63,410 nt of DNA from Lama guanicoe (taxonomy: Eukaryota): positions 582,074-645,483 of the forward strand of contig MU053934.1 of assembly GCA_013239625.1 (NCBI GenBank). The letters are read 5' to 3'. This document shows, piece by piece, positions 1 through 11,229 of this stretch (position 1 is its first letter; each line of letters starts with the position of its first letter). The notes under the pieces are model-generated. The model was given only the letters and a program-made list of their open reading frames with translations. It did not search any database and had not been told where the DNA came from. The translations under genes were made by a program, and so were the position numbers.

Positions 1-210
1 GGATGGATGGATTGGTGGGTGGGTGGATGGATGGATGGATGGATTGGTGGGTGGGTGGATGGATGGATGGATGGATGGATGGATGGATGGATTGGTGGAT
101 GGGTGGGTGGATGGATGGATGGATGGATGGATGGATTGGTGGATGGATGGATGGCTTGGTGGGTGGGTGAATGGATGGATGGATGGGTAGATAGGTGAAT
201 GAATGGATGG
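1..210. repeat. (GGAT)n/(GGGT)n tetranucleotide microsatellite, truncated by window start
   Basis: Directly visible GGAT/GGGT/GGAT-variant array; accounts for the W/M/D/G ORF at 7-198. Confidence 0.97.
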
Positions 211-1196
211 ACAAACAGACAGAGAGATGGGGCTGGTTTGGGAAGCTGTGTGACTGCCTTGAGGCAGCAACCAGAAGAATATGGATTTAACTAGTCAATC
301 AAAGCCCTCAAAACAAGGCCTTGCCCAGAGGCCTGTGGCCACTTTTCTTTTTTCCCTTTTTATCAGAACCCAAAGCACTCCGGACCTGTGGTCCCCATGT
401 TTACAACTGCTGCCTGAACTCAGGCTGCGCTCCTGATGTGGTCTCATCCTTCTGGCCTCTCTCTCTCACTCTCTCCACGTGCCCCTCCCAATCAGTTTTA
501 TCCCAGTTCTGCTCCTAACCTGAATTCCTGGCACTGCCTGTAGATAAGTTCAGTTTCTGGCTGAGCTACAGGCATGCTGACAGCCCCGCTCCAGCACACA
601 GAACACAGTCAGATGAGTTTCTGTCACCCAGTATGGCTGACCTCCATTGTGGAGCAAAATTCAGTGACCTGTGCTTTCTCCTCTGTCACCCCACCCCTGA
701 CAGCACCCTTCCTCACTCACCCACCCTCACGAAGGGAAGGGTCAGCTGGAAGCAATCAAATCTGACCACTATGTCCACAGGCTGCAGCCACCTGTCCCGC
801 CCAGCAAGATGCAGACAATTTCAGCCCAACCTCAAAATATCACCGTTACACCAGGAAGTAGGTGTTGTTTCATTTGTTTTAACTAAAAAACATTCTGGTA
901 AGGAATACTGGCACCTTGTTTTTTTGTTTTTTTGTTTTTTGTTTCCTTTCAGAGTGACATTGACATAATTCCATTTGAAGTATATAAATGTTTTCAACCT
1001 AAATGAGTCATTTGGTGAGAAGAGTGAGCTCGCAAGCCTGCATATGGGTTGACCCCTTTACCAAGAAGCACAGTGGGAAGTATTGAGTTTGGGGCTAAAA
1101 AACACTTAGAACAATGAAATCCTATTTTTCATGGCAATCCATGTTGCTAATCACACGGAAACCTGGGAGAAAAACAAGGGGATCATTTAAAATTCT

Positions 1197-1410
1197 GGGG
1201 TCAGGCAGAGCTCCCCCTGGGCTAGAATCCAGCTACACCACGTTCCTGCTGTAAAATTTGGAGGTGGGAAGAGGTACTTAACTTCTGACCACCATTAATT
1301 CATTTGTGGTTGTGAGGATTAATTTAAACCACAGACTATAGGTAAAGTGTTTACAATTTTTCAGCATTATAGAAAGTACTCAATAGAAGTGGGATGTGAT
1401 CATTATTATT
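1197..1410 (+). mobile_element. MIR SINE fragment (degenerate)
   Basis: ctgggctagaatccagct...gttgtgaggattaa...gtaaagtgttta...agtactcaata matches the recalled MIR consensus order. Confidence 0.5.
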
Positions 1411-1419
1411 TAGAGATGG

Positions 1420-1610
1420 TGTGCTGTCCAACATGGTAGTCGCCGGCCACAGGTGGCTATTTAACTTAAATTAAAATTTAATTAAAAAGCCAGTTCCTGA
1501 GTCCCACAAACACATTTCAAGTGCTCAGTAACTACCTGTGGCTGGTGGCTAGTGGACAGAGCAGATACAGAGGAGTTCCATCCTGCACAAAGTTCTACCA
1601 GACAGTGATG
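1420..1610 (-). mobile_element. MER3-like hAT-Charlie MITE
   Basis: gtgctgtccaa..gccacaggtggctattta..cacatttcaagtgctca..gtggctagtggacag..gttcta is the reverse of the MER3 pattern; homologous to 54656-54862. Confidence 0.8.
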
Positions 1611-1648
1611 GCACAGAGGTAAAGAAAAATGGCTTAAAGCTACAGCGT

Positions 1649-1790
1649 CTGTGTGACCTTAGGGAAATTATCTAACCTCTCTGTGCCTCATTCCCTCATC
1701 TGTAAAATGGGGATAATAAGAACTACATCATTCACTCATGATGAGGATTATCTGCTATGCAAGTGCTTACAATAATGGTAAACGCTCACC
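1649..1790 (+). mobile_element. MIR SINE core
   Basis: ctgtgtgaccttaggg...aacctctctgtgcctcattccctcatctgtaaaatggggataata is the canonical MIR core. Confidence 0.85.
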
Positions 1791-1910
1791 AGCTGGTACC
1801 CTACAATGGGGGGCAGACACAGATACAGTGCAGAATGGGCTGTTGGGAGAATTAGAAAGATTTTTATGCAAAGCACATCCCGTGGGGCCAAACACATAGC
1901 AGACACTGAG

Positions 1911-2025
1911 TTCACTTGGTTTTTCAACAACTGTTCATGGAGCACCTACTATATACTAGGCCTTCTTTTAGGCACTGGAGACAGAGATGAACAAAGGCCC
2001 TGCCCTCAGGGAGCTCACAATCTCA
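1911..2025 (-). mobile_element. L2 LINE 3' end fragment
   Basis: caac..gagcacctactata..aggcactggagacagagatgaacaa..ccctgccctcagggagctcacaatct is the typical antisense L2 3' end. Confidence 0.75.
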
Positions 2026-2291
2026 ATAAATGATTAATAAGTGATTATGCTGAAAGACCAGGAACAGTAACATTTCTGGTTTTTACCACCTGTTAAATAC
2101 CCCCAGCAATGAAAAGGGAATGTTGTCAAATACAAAACTAACTATGAAGGGGGTGCCTAATAAAAGTGAATGAATGAATGAATGAATGGAGGGAGGGGGC
2201 TGGTAGGGGGCCCATAAATGCTTAAGTAGGGAGCTGGGCCCTGGGTGACTGAGTGAATTACCCTACGGTGGGTGTGGTTAGCTCAGAGAGC

Positions 2292-2306
2292 TGTTGCCAG
2301 GCAACA
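2292..2306. promoter_or_regulatory. Palindromic RFX X-box motif
   Basis: TGTTGCCAGGCAACA: a perfect inverted repeat around a central base, matching GTTGCC-N-GGCAAC. Confidence 0.4.
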
Positions 2307-2847
2307 CTAACAAATGATCCCAAAGCAGTTGGCAAGCAGTGTTATGTAGAAAGGCTTAATCATCTTTAACATGAATCTTAAAACCCTAAGGACTTGGGTA
2401 GCGATCGCCTTCACAGGCATGCCCTCCAGCTTCTATTCTGGGCTGTGCTGTGACTCACCAGGTCAGCAGGGCCAGCTCACTCTCCTCTGTAGTGCCCAGG
2501 AGGGGAACAGAACCCACAGACGAGCTGGCATCCACCTCTCCCCCTGGGCCAACAGCGTTTCACTGGCCCTGGACACGGAAATGCCCAAGAGGGAGGCATC
2601 CCACTGCTCAGACAGCTCCTACCCAGCCCTCCGACACGCCTGCTGGACCGAGCAGCTTAGCCTGGATGCAGCCCCAGTTCTCCGACTCAGTGGGCAGCGC
2701 TCTCCCAGGAGGAGGCAGATGGCACCACGCCTCTGTATGTGCTTCTATTCCCAAACTCCAAAGCTCCCTTGGGTAGGTTCGCAGCTCCCTGACACAGCTA
2801 AATGCCGTGGGAGGAGACATGTTGAGTCACTGGACGAGCGGACAGGC

Positions 2848-2955
2848 CTCAGCAAGTCATTTCCACCCCTTCAGTCTCAGCCTTGCTGTGTAGTAAAGGG
2901 AAGTAGGGCTTGCTTCACAATATTGTTAGTGGGATTAAATGAGATAACTTGTACT
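2848..2955 (+). mobile_element. MIR fragment
   Basis: gcaagtcattt..tcagtctcag..gtaaaggg..ttgttagtgggattaaatgagataa; lies inside the 303-aa ORF. Confidence 0.6.
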
Positions 2956-4882
2956 TGGCAGGAACTAGTTTACATTCTCTCTAGCATGCCAAGGTGGGCA
3001 AACAAGAGGAGGAGATGTTCAAGGTCCCAAATCTGTCACTATCTACCAGAGCCATCTCGTCTACCTGGGTCTTGCCCATCTTCTTACCACTCCAAGGAGG
3101 GGGCCGGACTGGGTCTGGGCGGCCCACCCTGCAATCTCTTGCACAGTTACCTTCCCAATTTTACAACCACCTCGCTTTTCATCCTACTGAAAAGGACACA
3201 GGGCATATGGAAATGGAGTACAAGAATTTGTACCAGCAACCTCCGCCATCCCTGTAAGACTTCCTGCCAAATGGTTATATGAGGACCAGGACACATGCTT
3301 TTAACAGGTCTCACACATTAAAACAAATCACCAAGTATTTGTGTGAAAAATACTTGTCTTGAAAATCACATCTCAAAACACACAAATGTGGATGATACCT
3401 AAGGTTCTTCCTGTGTTGATATTCTGTGCTGACTTCTGCTAGGGGCTGACCTGGCCGGGAAGGCGGGGCTGACACACGAGGGGAGTGATGCTCCTTGCAT
3501 GGCCAAGACCAGTCTGTGTCAATTCCTTCTGTCACCTCCACGGCCGCGGCTTCCTGTGGCCCTCCCCAACATGTCCTGAGCAGAATTACAGGCAACTTCC
3601 ATTCCCATCCAAAGTGCGTCTGGACACTGCACAATACTCACTCGTTGAATACCCCTTTCTAGTAGCAGCCCAGCCCCTGGTTCAGTTAAGCAGAGATCAC
3701 CCGACATGTCGACTCGGGGTCATTACACATTTTCTGCATGTCCACTCCACGGCAGGCTCTGCATACAGACAGGACATTGGCCACAGCTGACCTTGAGGGA
3801 CTCAGAAACAAATGGGGGACAGCAAGGACATGGGTTCACCTCAAAACTAAATGGGCTGCCGTAAGTGCATCCACGGAATTACGAAAGATGATGGGAATTC
3901 AGGGCAGAAGTGGCTGATTCTTAAAGTAAGAAGCTGAAATTAAGGTCTCGAACTCACCTGAAGATGAGCAGGATGTGGACAGGGATTGAGGGGTGGGGAG
4001 AGGGGATGGAGAGCCCTCAGTTCAGAATGCTACTTTTTGATTCATGCCCATCCCTCCAGGCCCCCCTCTTCGGACCCATTTTCTCCTTGGAGGAAAGTCC
4101 CAGCGCCTTTGTAACCACTCAGATTTCTCCGCCCTCCTGTCTCTCGCTAGTCACTTGGCTACTTGGCGCTGGTTCTGACCCTTTCAGGCTGCTTACCGTC
4201 CCCATTCCCTGGGCCCTGACCCAACACTGCACTCTCGGGGTTGGCATCAAGTGCAGCAAGGCTAAAATTAGGACTGCTTCCACAGATATCCAGACTTCTC
4301 GGGAGCAAATCTGCTTGGCTCCCAGATGGAAAAACAGTATTTTTTTTCCCATCCTGACTGCAAAGCAACAGGGGGATCCGGAAAATCCAAACCTGCTCAC
4401 GCCTCATCCAGACATGACTCTGAGCCACTCAGACCCTGTGGTAAGGGGAACAGGAGCCTTCTCTATTGTGCAGGACCCCCACACAGACTCATCCTCACCA
4501 AGCTACGAAGCACCAGCAGGAAAGGAGGGGTGACAAGCACAGGAGGCCCCGTGTGCCTGGGCCACCAGCACATGCTCGCCCTCACTTCCTGCTGGGTAGG
4601 CGGTCCCTTCCTCCCAATTTCAGAGACGAGACAACGCAGACCAGGGAGCTCAAGCACCTCTTTCGCCCTGCAAGGGGACACACCGTTCGCAGTCAGTATA
4701 TGGAAAACTGAGGTTCAGAGATGTCCGGAGAACTGCCCAAGGCCACCCAGCAAAGGGCAGGCATCATGACAACGAGGACAGGGTCACAAGAACAACAGGC
4801 ATGGCTAAAGTTTACTGACACTGTTTTGCTCCAGGCTCTACCCCCAACACCCCGCCCCAAGTGGGTTCTCCCACTTCATCCT

Positions 4883-5355
4883 TGCTACAGGCTAACTTGT
4901 GTCTCCTCAAAACAGGTATGTCGAAGTCCTCACTTTCAGTGGGACCAACCTAATTTGGAAACACGGACATTGCAGTTGTAATTAAGATGAGATCATATAA
5001 AGCAGGATGGACCTTGAATCCAATAGGACTGATGTCCCTATTAAAAGATGGCCACGTGACGACAGAGACACAGGGAGAATGCCACGTGACGACAGAGACA
5101 CAGGGAGAATGCCACGTGATGACAGAGGATTGGAGTGATAGGTCCACAAGCCAAGGAATGCCAAAGATTGCCGGCAAAACACCAGAAGCTAGGAAGAGGC
5201 GAGGAGGATTACCCCACAGGTTTCAGAGCGAGGATGGCCTGGCGATACACCTTGATTTCAGACTTCAACCTCCCAAAATGTGAGACAATAAATTTCTCTT
5301 TTGGGGCCACCTAGTTTATAACCTTTTGTTACAGCAGCCACAGGAAACGAATACA
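4883..5355 (+). mobile_element. MLT1 (MLT1C-like) ERVL-MaLR solo LTR, full length
   Basis: TG...CA termini; 5-bp TSD ATCCT at 4878-4882 and 5356-5360; aagccaaggaatgccaaagattgcc, accagaagctaggaagaggc and aataaatttc are MLT1 hallmarks. Confidence 0.9.
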
Positions 5356-5454
5356 ATCCTCATCGTAATTCTACGAAGACTCAGGTACTAAAAAGTCAGG
5401 TTTAACACATAAGAACAGGGAAGTTTAGTTAAAAGCAAATAATGCCAATAACAA

Positions 5455-5645
5455 ATGCCAATACAGTTCTAAATGCTTTACATGTAGTAACTCACTTAAT
5501 CCCCACAAAGACCCTAAGCCTACATCAACCCCAGGAAGCATTCCCACTTTAATGAAGAGGAGAGTAACGCACAGAAAGGTAGGTAATTTGCCTAAGGTTA
5601 CACAGCTTGTAAGAGGTGGAGTCAGGATTCAAACCCAGGCCCAGA
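5455..5645 (-). mobile_element. MIR SINE
   Basis: gttctaaatgctttacatg..cacttaatccccacaa..gtaatttgcctaaggttacacagct..ggattcaaacccagg. Confidence 0.75.
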
Positions 5646-5982
5646 ATCTGTGCAGATACAGAAGAGTATTGAATCTGGACTTGAACTCAGGTGCTCTGGT
5701 TTCAAAGCCCACATCCTTCTCTCTTCACCTGCCCAATACAAAGCTCCATACTAGCTGGCCCTTCAACTAACTGCTTATTTGACGACACAAACAAATTAAC
5801 CAAATGAGCAGTGCCTTGCATAGACTGCATTAGCTCAAATTAAATTTAAATTAGTTCATTTTAGCAATTAAGACTGGCCCAAGCCCACATGGGCAACAGA
5901 AATCAGGAAAGGAGTAACCACGTTACCTGGATCCTAAGCAAGCAGTGTGACATAAAGCTTCTCTCTTACAGATCTCTTAGGT

Positions 5983-6290
5983 ACTCAGTCATTTCAGTAA
6001 ACATTTAAAAAAAAATTTTTAAACATAGTTTAATTTTTTTAATATTTAAACTTTTCAAGGACATAATTTTTAAAAGCCTAATTTTATTCTGGGAGCAGCA
6101 TACACTAGGGGCTCCAACGCATACCAGAACCTCAAGAGAACCTGTTTCCTTTTATTTCAGTGTTATATACAACCAGAAGAAATGTATTACTGCTATTTTT
6201 CTTATTTCAGTAAACATTTAATGAGTGCCTACTATATGCCAGTACCGTGTCAGCTAAAGGCAGCATAAAAGACACAGCCCCAGCCCAGGA
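5983..6290 (-). mobile_element. L2 3' end fragment split by a TSD-flanked insertion (6009-6203)
   Basis: Removing the insert and one TSD copy restores actcagtcatttcagtaaacatttaatgagtgcctactatatgccag, the antisense L2 3' end. Confidence 0.65.
6009..6203 (-). other. Unidentified ~195-bp retroposed-like insertion with 18-bp direct repeats
   Basis: ATTTCAGTAAACATTTAA at 5991-6008 and 6204-6221; the minus strand carries two AATAAA motifs followed by an A/T-rich tail. Confidence 0.65.
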
Positions 6291-6502
6291 AGGACATGGA
6301 AATGGTCAAATTGCTATATATCTTGGTAAATCTTATGTCTGATCAGAACAGAGGTGCTACTGGAGGTGCTGTTGGAGAACCAAGACAGATGCCTCAATAT
6401 GCCCAGGTAGACAGCGCATAGCTTCGAGGTAGGTGACATCTGAACTACGTCTTCAATTTCAAGCTTATTTCTTATTATTAGGCTAATCCAACTCCGTGCC
6501 CC

Positions 6503-6503
<1 letters not shown>

Positions 6504-6539
<36 letters not shown>

Positions 6540-6624
6540 ACACACATACACACACACACACACATACACACACATACACACACACATACACACACACATA
6601 CACACACATACACACACACACACA
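6504..6624. repeat. (CA)n with CATA interruptions
   Basis: Directly visible, about 120 bp of alternating purine-pyrimidine. Confidence 0.97.
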
Positions 6625-7369
6625 ATCTTTCTTTCCTCCCTCTTCCCACCTTTGTTTTCTCCTCTCTGCAACTTTTTCCTAAAATACTAGATTGTTTTCA
6701 CTGCATGAACCCACAGGTGTCCTACAGGATGTGCAGCAACATTCAATGTTCATGATGACTGATCCATAATGAAGGGAACAGAGGTCATTGGTTACCTTCA
6801 GAAAACATTATTTTAGCGTCAGAGCCTTGAATAACAAAAGTTAATAGATAACTAGTGACGGTTAGTGTTAATCAGCAACACGTTCCCTCATTAGACTATA
6901 GAAATAGTCCATTTCTGTATCAACAGAGGAGGAGAAAACAGCTCTGGGAAAAAGGATGGGGATGGGGTGGTGGGAGGTATGTCAGGGAGGTGGGGACAAC
7001 GGTTCCTAGGAGCCAAAGAAGGGTCTAGAATAGTGACATATCACCAATTTTCAGCTGGCCACTAGCCCACCCACAGGGTCACCCCACACACAGCAAGCTG
7101 GCATGGTCATCATGTGGCATGTGACTTGGCAGAAAGCATGCAGGCTCTGACGTGACCCAGCCTCTGTCACTTCCCCTGTAAATGTAGCATACAGCGTCTG
7201 CCTTACAGAGTCGTTCCCAGATCAAGTGCACAGAGATGCTCAGGGCCTTGCAGAGCACAGAGGAGACACACAATACACATTAGTCACAGCTGTTACTAAC
7301 ACAGGCTTCACCATCACAGAACTTCACAGGCTGCCTAGGCAAACAGCAGTGATTATCCTATTCCTTCTT

Positions 7370-7779
7370 CATTGTTATCATCATCATTATTACCACCATC
7401 TTCACCACCATCTTCAGCACCATCATCACCACCATCATCATCACCACCATCTTCACCATCATCACCATCATCACCACCATCTTCACCATCATCATCACCA
7501 CCATCTTCACCATCTTCACCATCATCACCACCATCTTCACCACCATCTTCACCATCATCACCACCATCTTCACCATCATCTTCACCACCATCTTCACCAT
7601 CATCATTACCACCATCTTCACCATCATCACCATCATTACCATCATCACTGTCATCATCATCACCATCATCATTACCACTATCATCAACACCATCATTACC
7701 ATCATCATCAACATCATCACCACCATCACCACCATCACTACCATAATCACCATCACCACCGCTGCCACCACCACCACCA
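7370..7779. repeat. Compound (CAT/CAC/CTT)n trinucleotide repeat, ~410 bp
   Basis: Directly visible; produces the poly-His, Ser/Pro, Met/Val and Asp/Gly ORFs. Confidence 0.97.
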
Positions 7780-8582
7780 AAGCTGCACAGAAGTTTTGGG
7801 CAAGTCACCCACATTCCTGGGCCTGAATTTCCACACCTGTGAAACAAGTACTCCTGGAACATGGGGACCAAATGCAAAATGCGTGCACAGGGAGGCCAGG
7901 CCCTGCTCACATTGGGAGCTGGCCGTCTTGCAGTGAATATGGGGCCATGGTAAAAAGCTGTGGAACTGGCCTCGCTGGGAAAACAAACAAGTCTGTTCCA
8001 CTAAAATTTGATCCTCTGAACAGAAAACATGCCCACTTACCTCTGCCCTGCAACCGGGAGGCCGCCCCCCAAGAGGGTGAGGAACTGACTGCCTCTGGCA
8101 GCCACGATGACCTCCTGGAGCCGCCAGAATCCAGCCTCAGTGGGACAGGCAAACTAGCGCCTGAAACGGCTGGACTCTGGGTGTGGGTTTCTTATTTCTG
8201 CCCTGCCCACAAAAAGCCCTTGGATCGCCGGGAGTATTTCTTTTTTTAACCCCTGGCATGAGCAGCGCACGACAGGGGCACGCCCCCGTGAGCTCGTGCT
8301 GTTCCCGGACTGATGAGACACGGTGAAGTTTATCGTGTGGTCTTTTCTGAAGGGTGTCAAGCGGTGCCCTGCTCCGGCACCCGGGCCAGCGTCCCTGGGG
8401 AGCTCGGAAGCGGGAAGCAATCCTGCAGACCCAACCACAGAGCAGCCCAGTTTCAGCAAGCTCATCTCCCACCGGACTGCAAGGGGACATGGCAGGGCCA
8501 GGGAGCACTGAACCGGGACCAGGAAGCTTTGCCACTGATCAGCTGCGTGGCCAACAGTGGGCCTCCGCCTGCCCGTCACAGG

Positions 8583-8601
8583 GCTCCATCAGGTGGCACT
8601 A
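8583..8601 (+). promoter_or_regulatory. Candidate CTCF site
   Basis: GCTCCATCAGGTGGCACTA is close to the CTCF core CCASCAGRKGGCRCTA. Confidence 0.45.
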
Positions 8602-9664
8602 AAACTTGTCGAGGTCTCATGTTCACACACATTCTCTACACACGTTCTCCCATAGCTGCATCTCACACTCTTCCTCTCCCCTTCCACCAGGCCTAGGATG
8701 TGCCTCCCACTAGTCCTGCCCCACCCTCACATGTCACAAAAATCCAGTGCAAGTCACCCCTGCACCTCCCGTCTCCTCCGCCTCCACCCCTGCCCCATCC
8801 CCTCCCCTCTCACCCTCCCACGCTGACACTTCTCCCCCACTCTCCACCCCATTGTTATTTTTTTCTCTCTCTCCCTCCTCCCTTCTGCCTCTTCTCTGGT
8901 CCAGTTTTCCCACCTCTGCTCAGGGAACTTAAATGAAAAAAATACTGTATTATTCCCACAGGCTGCACTGTGCCGTCCCACCTTTGTCAAACCCGAAACC
9001 TCATCTTTCTTCGCTGATTTGGTCCTTTGTTAAGAGTCGACAGGGACACCGAGGACTGGTCACAAGAGGGATGGAGGGTCAGGAAGGCCCAACCAGCTGG
9101 GGTGACAAGCACACTTCCCGTTAAGGACACAGATCGCAGACACAGACGAGAAAGCGGGTCGTCCCTGCTCCTAAGACTCCACCACAAATGTTCGTCAGCC
9201 CTGGCGAGAAAAGCTGCCGTCTGATTTGCTCTGACCTCCAAACTTTTTCACAAAGGACATGACCCGAACAATAAGGCAAAGGAGATGGAGCAGCTGGGAT
9301 GGGGCAATGCACTCAGCGGACATTAGCTATGTTTATTATTTTAAATGAGTCATAAAATAATTAGCATTTGTCCTGTTTTCACCAGAACTGGTTTTTTTTT
9401 TGGGGGGGAGGGGGGTTGTTCTGAAATAAATGTAATCTCTAGGCGATAAATCCTGAGTAAGCCAGTAATAGGTTTACCATACATTCACTGGAAAGCATTC
9501 CATCAGGCAGCTCTGGGTTCAGATTCCACCTCAGCAACTTACTGGTTGTGAAATACAAGGCCAGGAACTGACGCTGTCTGTGTTTCCATTTCCTTGTCTA
9601 TCAACTCAGAACACAAAACTACCTAGAACACCTATGACTGACCCCGTTCACATCCTCATCATCA

Positions 9665-9870
9665 TCATTATATGAATGTTTCTTGAGACTTCAACACGTC
9701 AGTGAGCTAAGTGCTTCATATGCATTAACCCATTATACAACAACTCTAAGATGTAGGGACTGTTGTGAACCCATTTCACAGATGCACAGAGAAGTTGAGT
9801 AACTTGCCCAAGGTCACACAGCTGAGCAGCGGATGCAGGCTTCACCCCAAGACTGTCTGGGTCCAGAGTT
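9665..9870 (-). mobile_element. MIR SINE
   Basis: gctaagtgcttcatatgcattaac..cccatttcacagatg..gagtaacttgcccaaggtcacacagct. Confidence 0.8.
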
Positions 9871-10969
9871 ACCCCATTCAGTCTCTGACATTAGGCCCAG
9901 TGGCCAGCAAGGAGTAAATTGTTCAGCAACTCACTCGCTAGGATTATAATGATACTGGCTTTAGTTTTGTAAGAAACATTCCCTCCAGAGGGGTGATTTT
10001 ATTTTGCCTTTTTGAATTAAATTTCAGTCCTAGAGGCACCAAGCCCAGTGTAACTACTTACACTTTTGCCTGCTATCCACTCCTGTCATACTGGAGAGAA
10101 AGCCAGGCTCCGGCAACTGCCCGTGTGCCGTTTTATGGGTCAAGCTGTGTTCTCTGGGCCAAAGAGGCTGCGGGGGGGATCTCCACTCCAGAACTGCTGG
10201 CAAATCTCTCCGTGGCTGGGGCCAGTGACAGAATGACAGCCACCACCTGTCCCTTTCGACCGGGGGGTGGTGGGGGCAGAAGAGAGAGAAGCTCACGACA
10301 GAGAGAGAGAAGCTCCTAGTCCTGAAATACACGTATGTCCGCCCACCTCCAACCATTCCAAGGGGCCTCCAGGCTGGGTAGAGGCTGCCCTCCTCCCTGC
10401 CTCGTTCCCCGCCTGACCCGCTCCGGCTCCATCCTCGGTGCAGACGAGCATTCAAGTCCAAGGCGCTCCAGGCAGCAGCCCCAGCCCCGCCCTCAGGGCG
10501 GACCAGCGCATTCAGCTCTCACTTGGCCACACAGAGCACGTTCATTCTGGGGGAAAATGCCCATCTGACTGTTTCGTTGAAAGCTTCCCTCGCCAGCACG
10601 TGAGGGCGTCTGTCAGCAGCAAGTGGGGACGGCCAGCCCCGGGCCTGCCCCCCAGCCCCACCCGGGATGGGCTCTGCCAGCCAAGTCCCTCTGGCAGGTG
10701 CGGCGTGGCCTTCAGCCCCCGGGCCCGGGAGCCTGCCCTGGGGATAAAGCCGGTGCAGCATCGCGGCACCCGCCCCAGGATACTGCTCGGTCCAGCAATC
10801 TCAACCTCAACATCCCAACCTTGGGGTTTTAGACACGTCCCAGAAGAAAACACAGGGAACGGTCAAGAGCACAGGCTCTGGAGCCTTACAGCTCCGGGTC
10901 TGAGCCACAGATCTGTTCTCAAGCCCTGAGACCCAGGCGAGCCATGTCGTCTCTGAGCACGGGCGCATG

Positions 10970-11229
10970 AAGGTAGTCCGCAACTGCGTGTGGCTACTGA
11001 ACACCTGAATTGTGCTCTAAATGTAAAATATATACCAGATTTCAAAGACTTGGTATGAAACGAAGAATTAAAATATCTCAGTATCTTTTTAATACATTTT
11101 GGCTAGGCTGACCTATGATGATTAAAATTAACTTCACCATGTCTTTTTACTTTTTTTTTTTTAATGTCGCTACCGGAAACTTTTACCTTACGTACGTGGC
11201 CTGTATTGTATTTCTACTGGGCAGCACTG
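10970..11229 (-). mobile_element. MER33-like hAT-Charlie MITE
   Basis: tgtggctactgaacac..tgtaaaatatataccagatttcaaagacttggtatgaa..tatttctactgggcagcactg is the reverse of the recalled MER33 consensus. Confidence 0.75.

Noticed and set aside
2371..3282. 303-aa plus-strand ORF
   Set aside because: No recognisable domain, Cys/Ser/Arg-rich random composition, and it runs through a MIR fragment (2848-2955).
5051..5127. CRISPR-like 30-bp repeats
   Set aside because: Head-to-tail tandem copies without spacers, inside a mammalian LTR; no cas genes.
7226..7936. 236-aa poly-histidine ORF and overlapping low-complexity ORFs
   Set aside because: By-product of the CAT/CAC microsatellite; no evidence of a histidine-rich protein gene.
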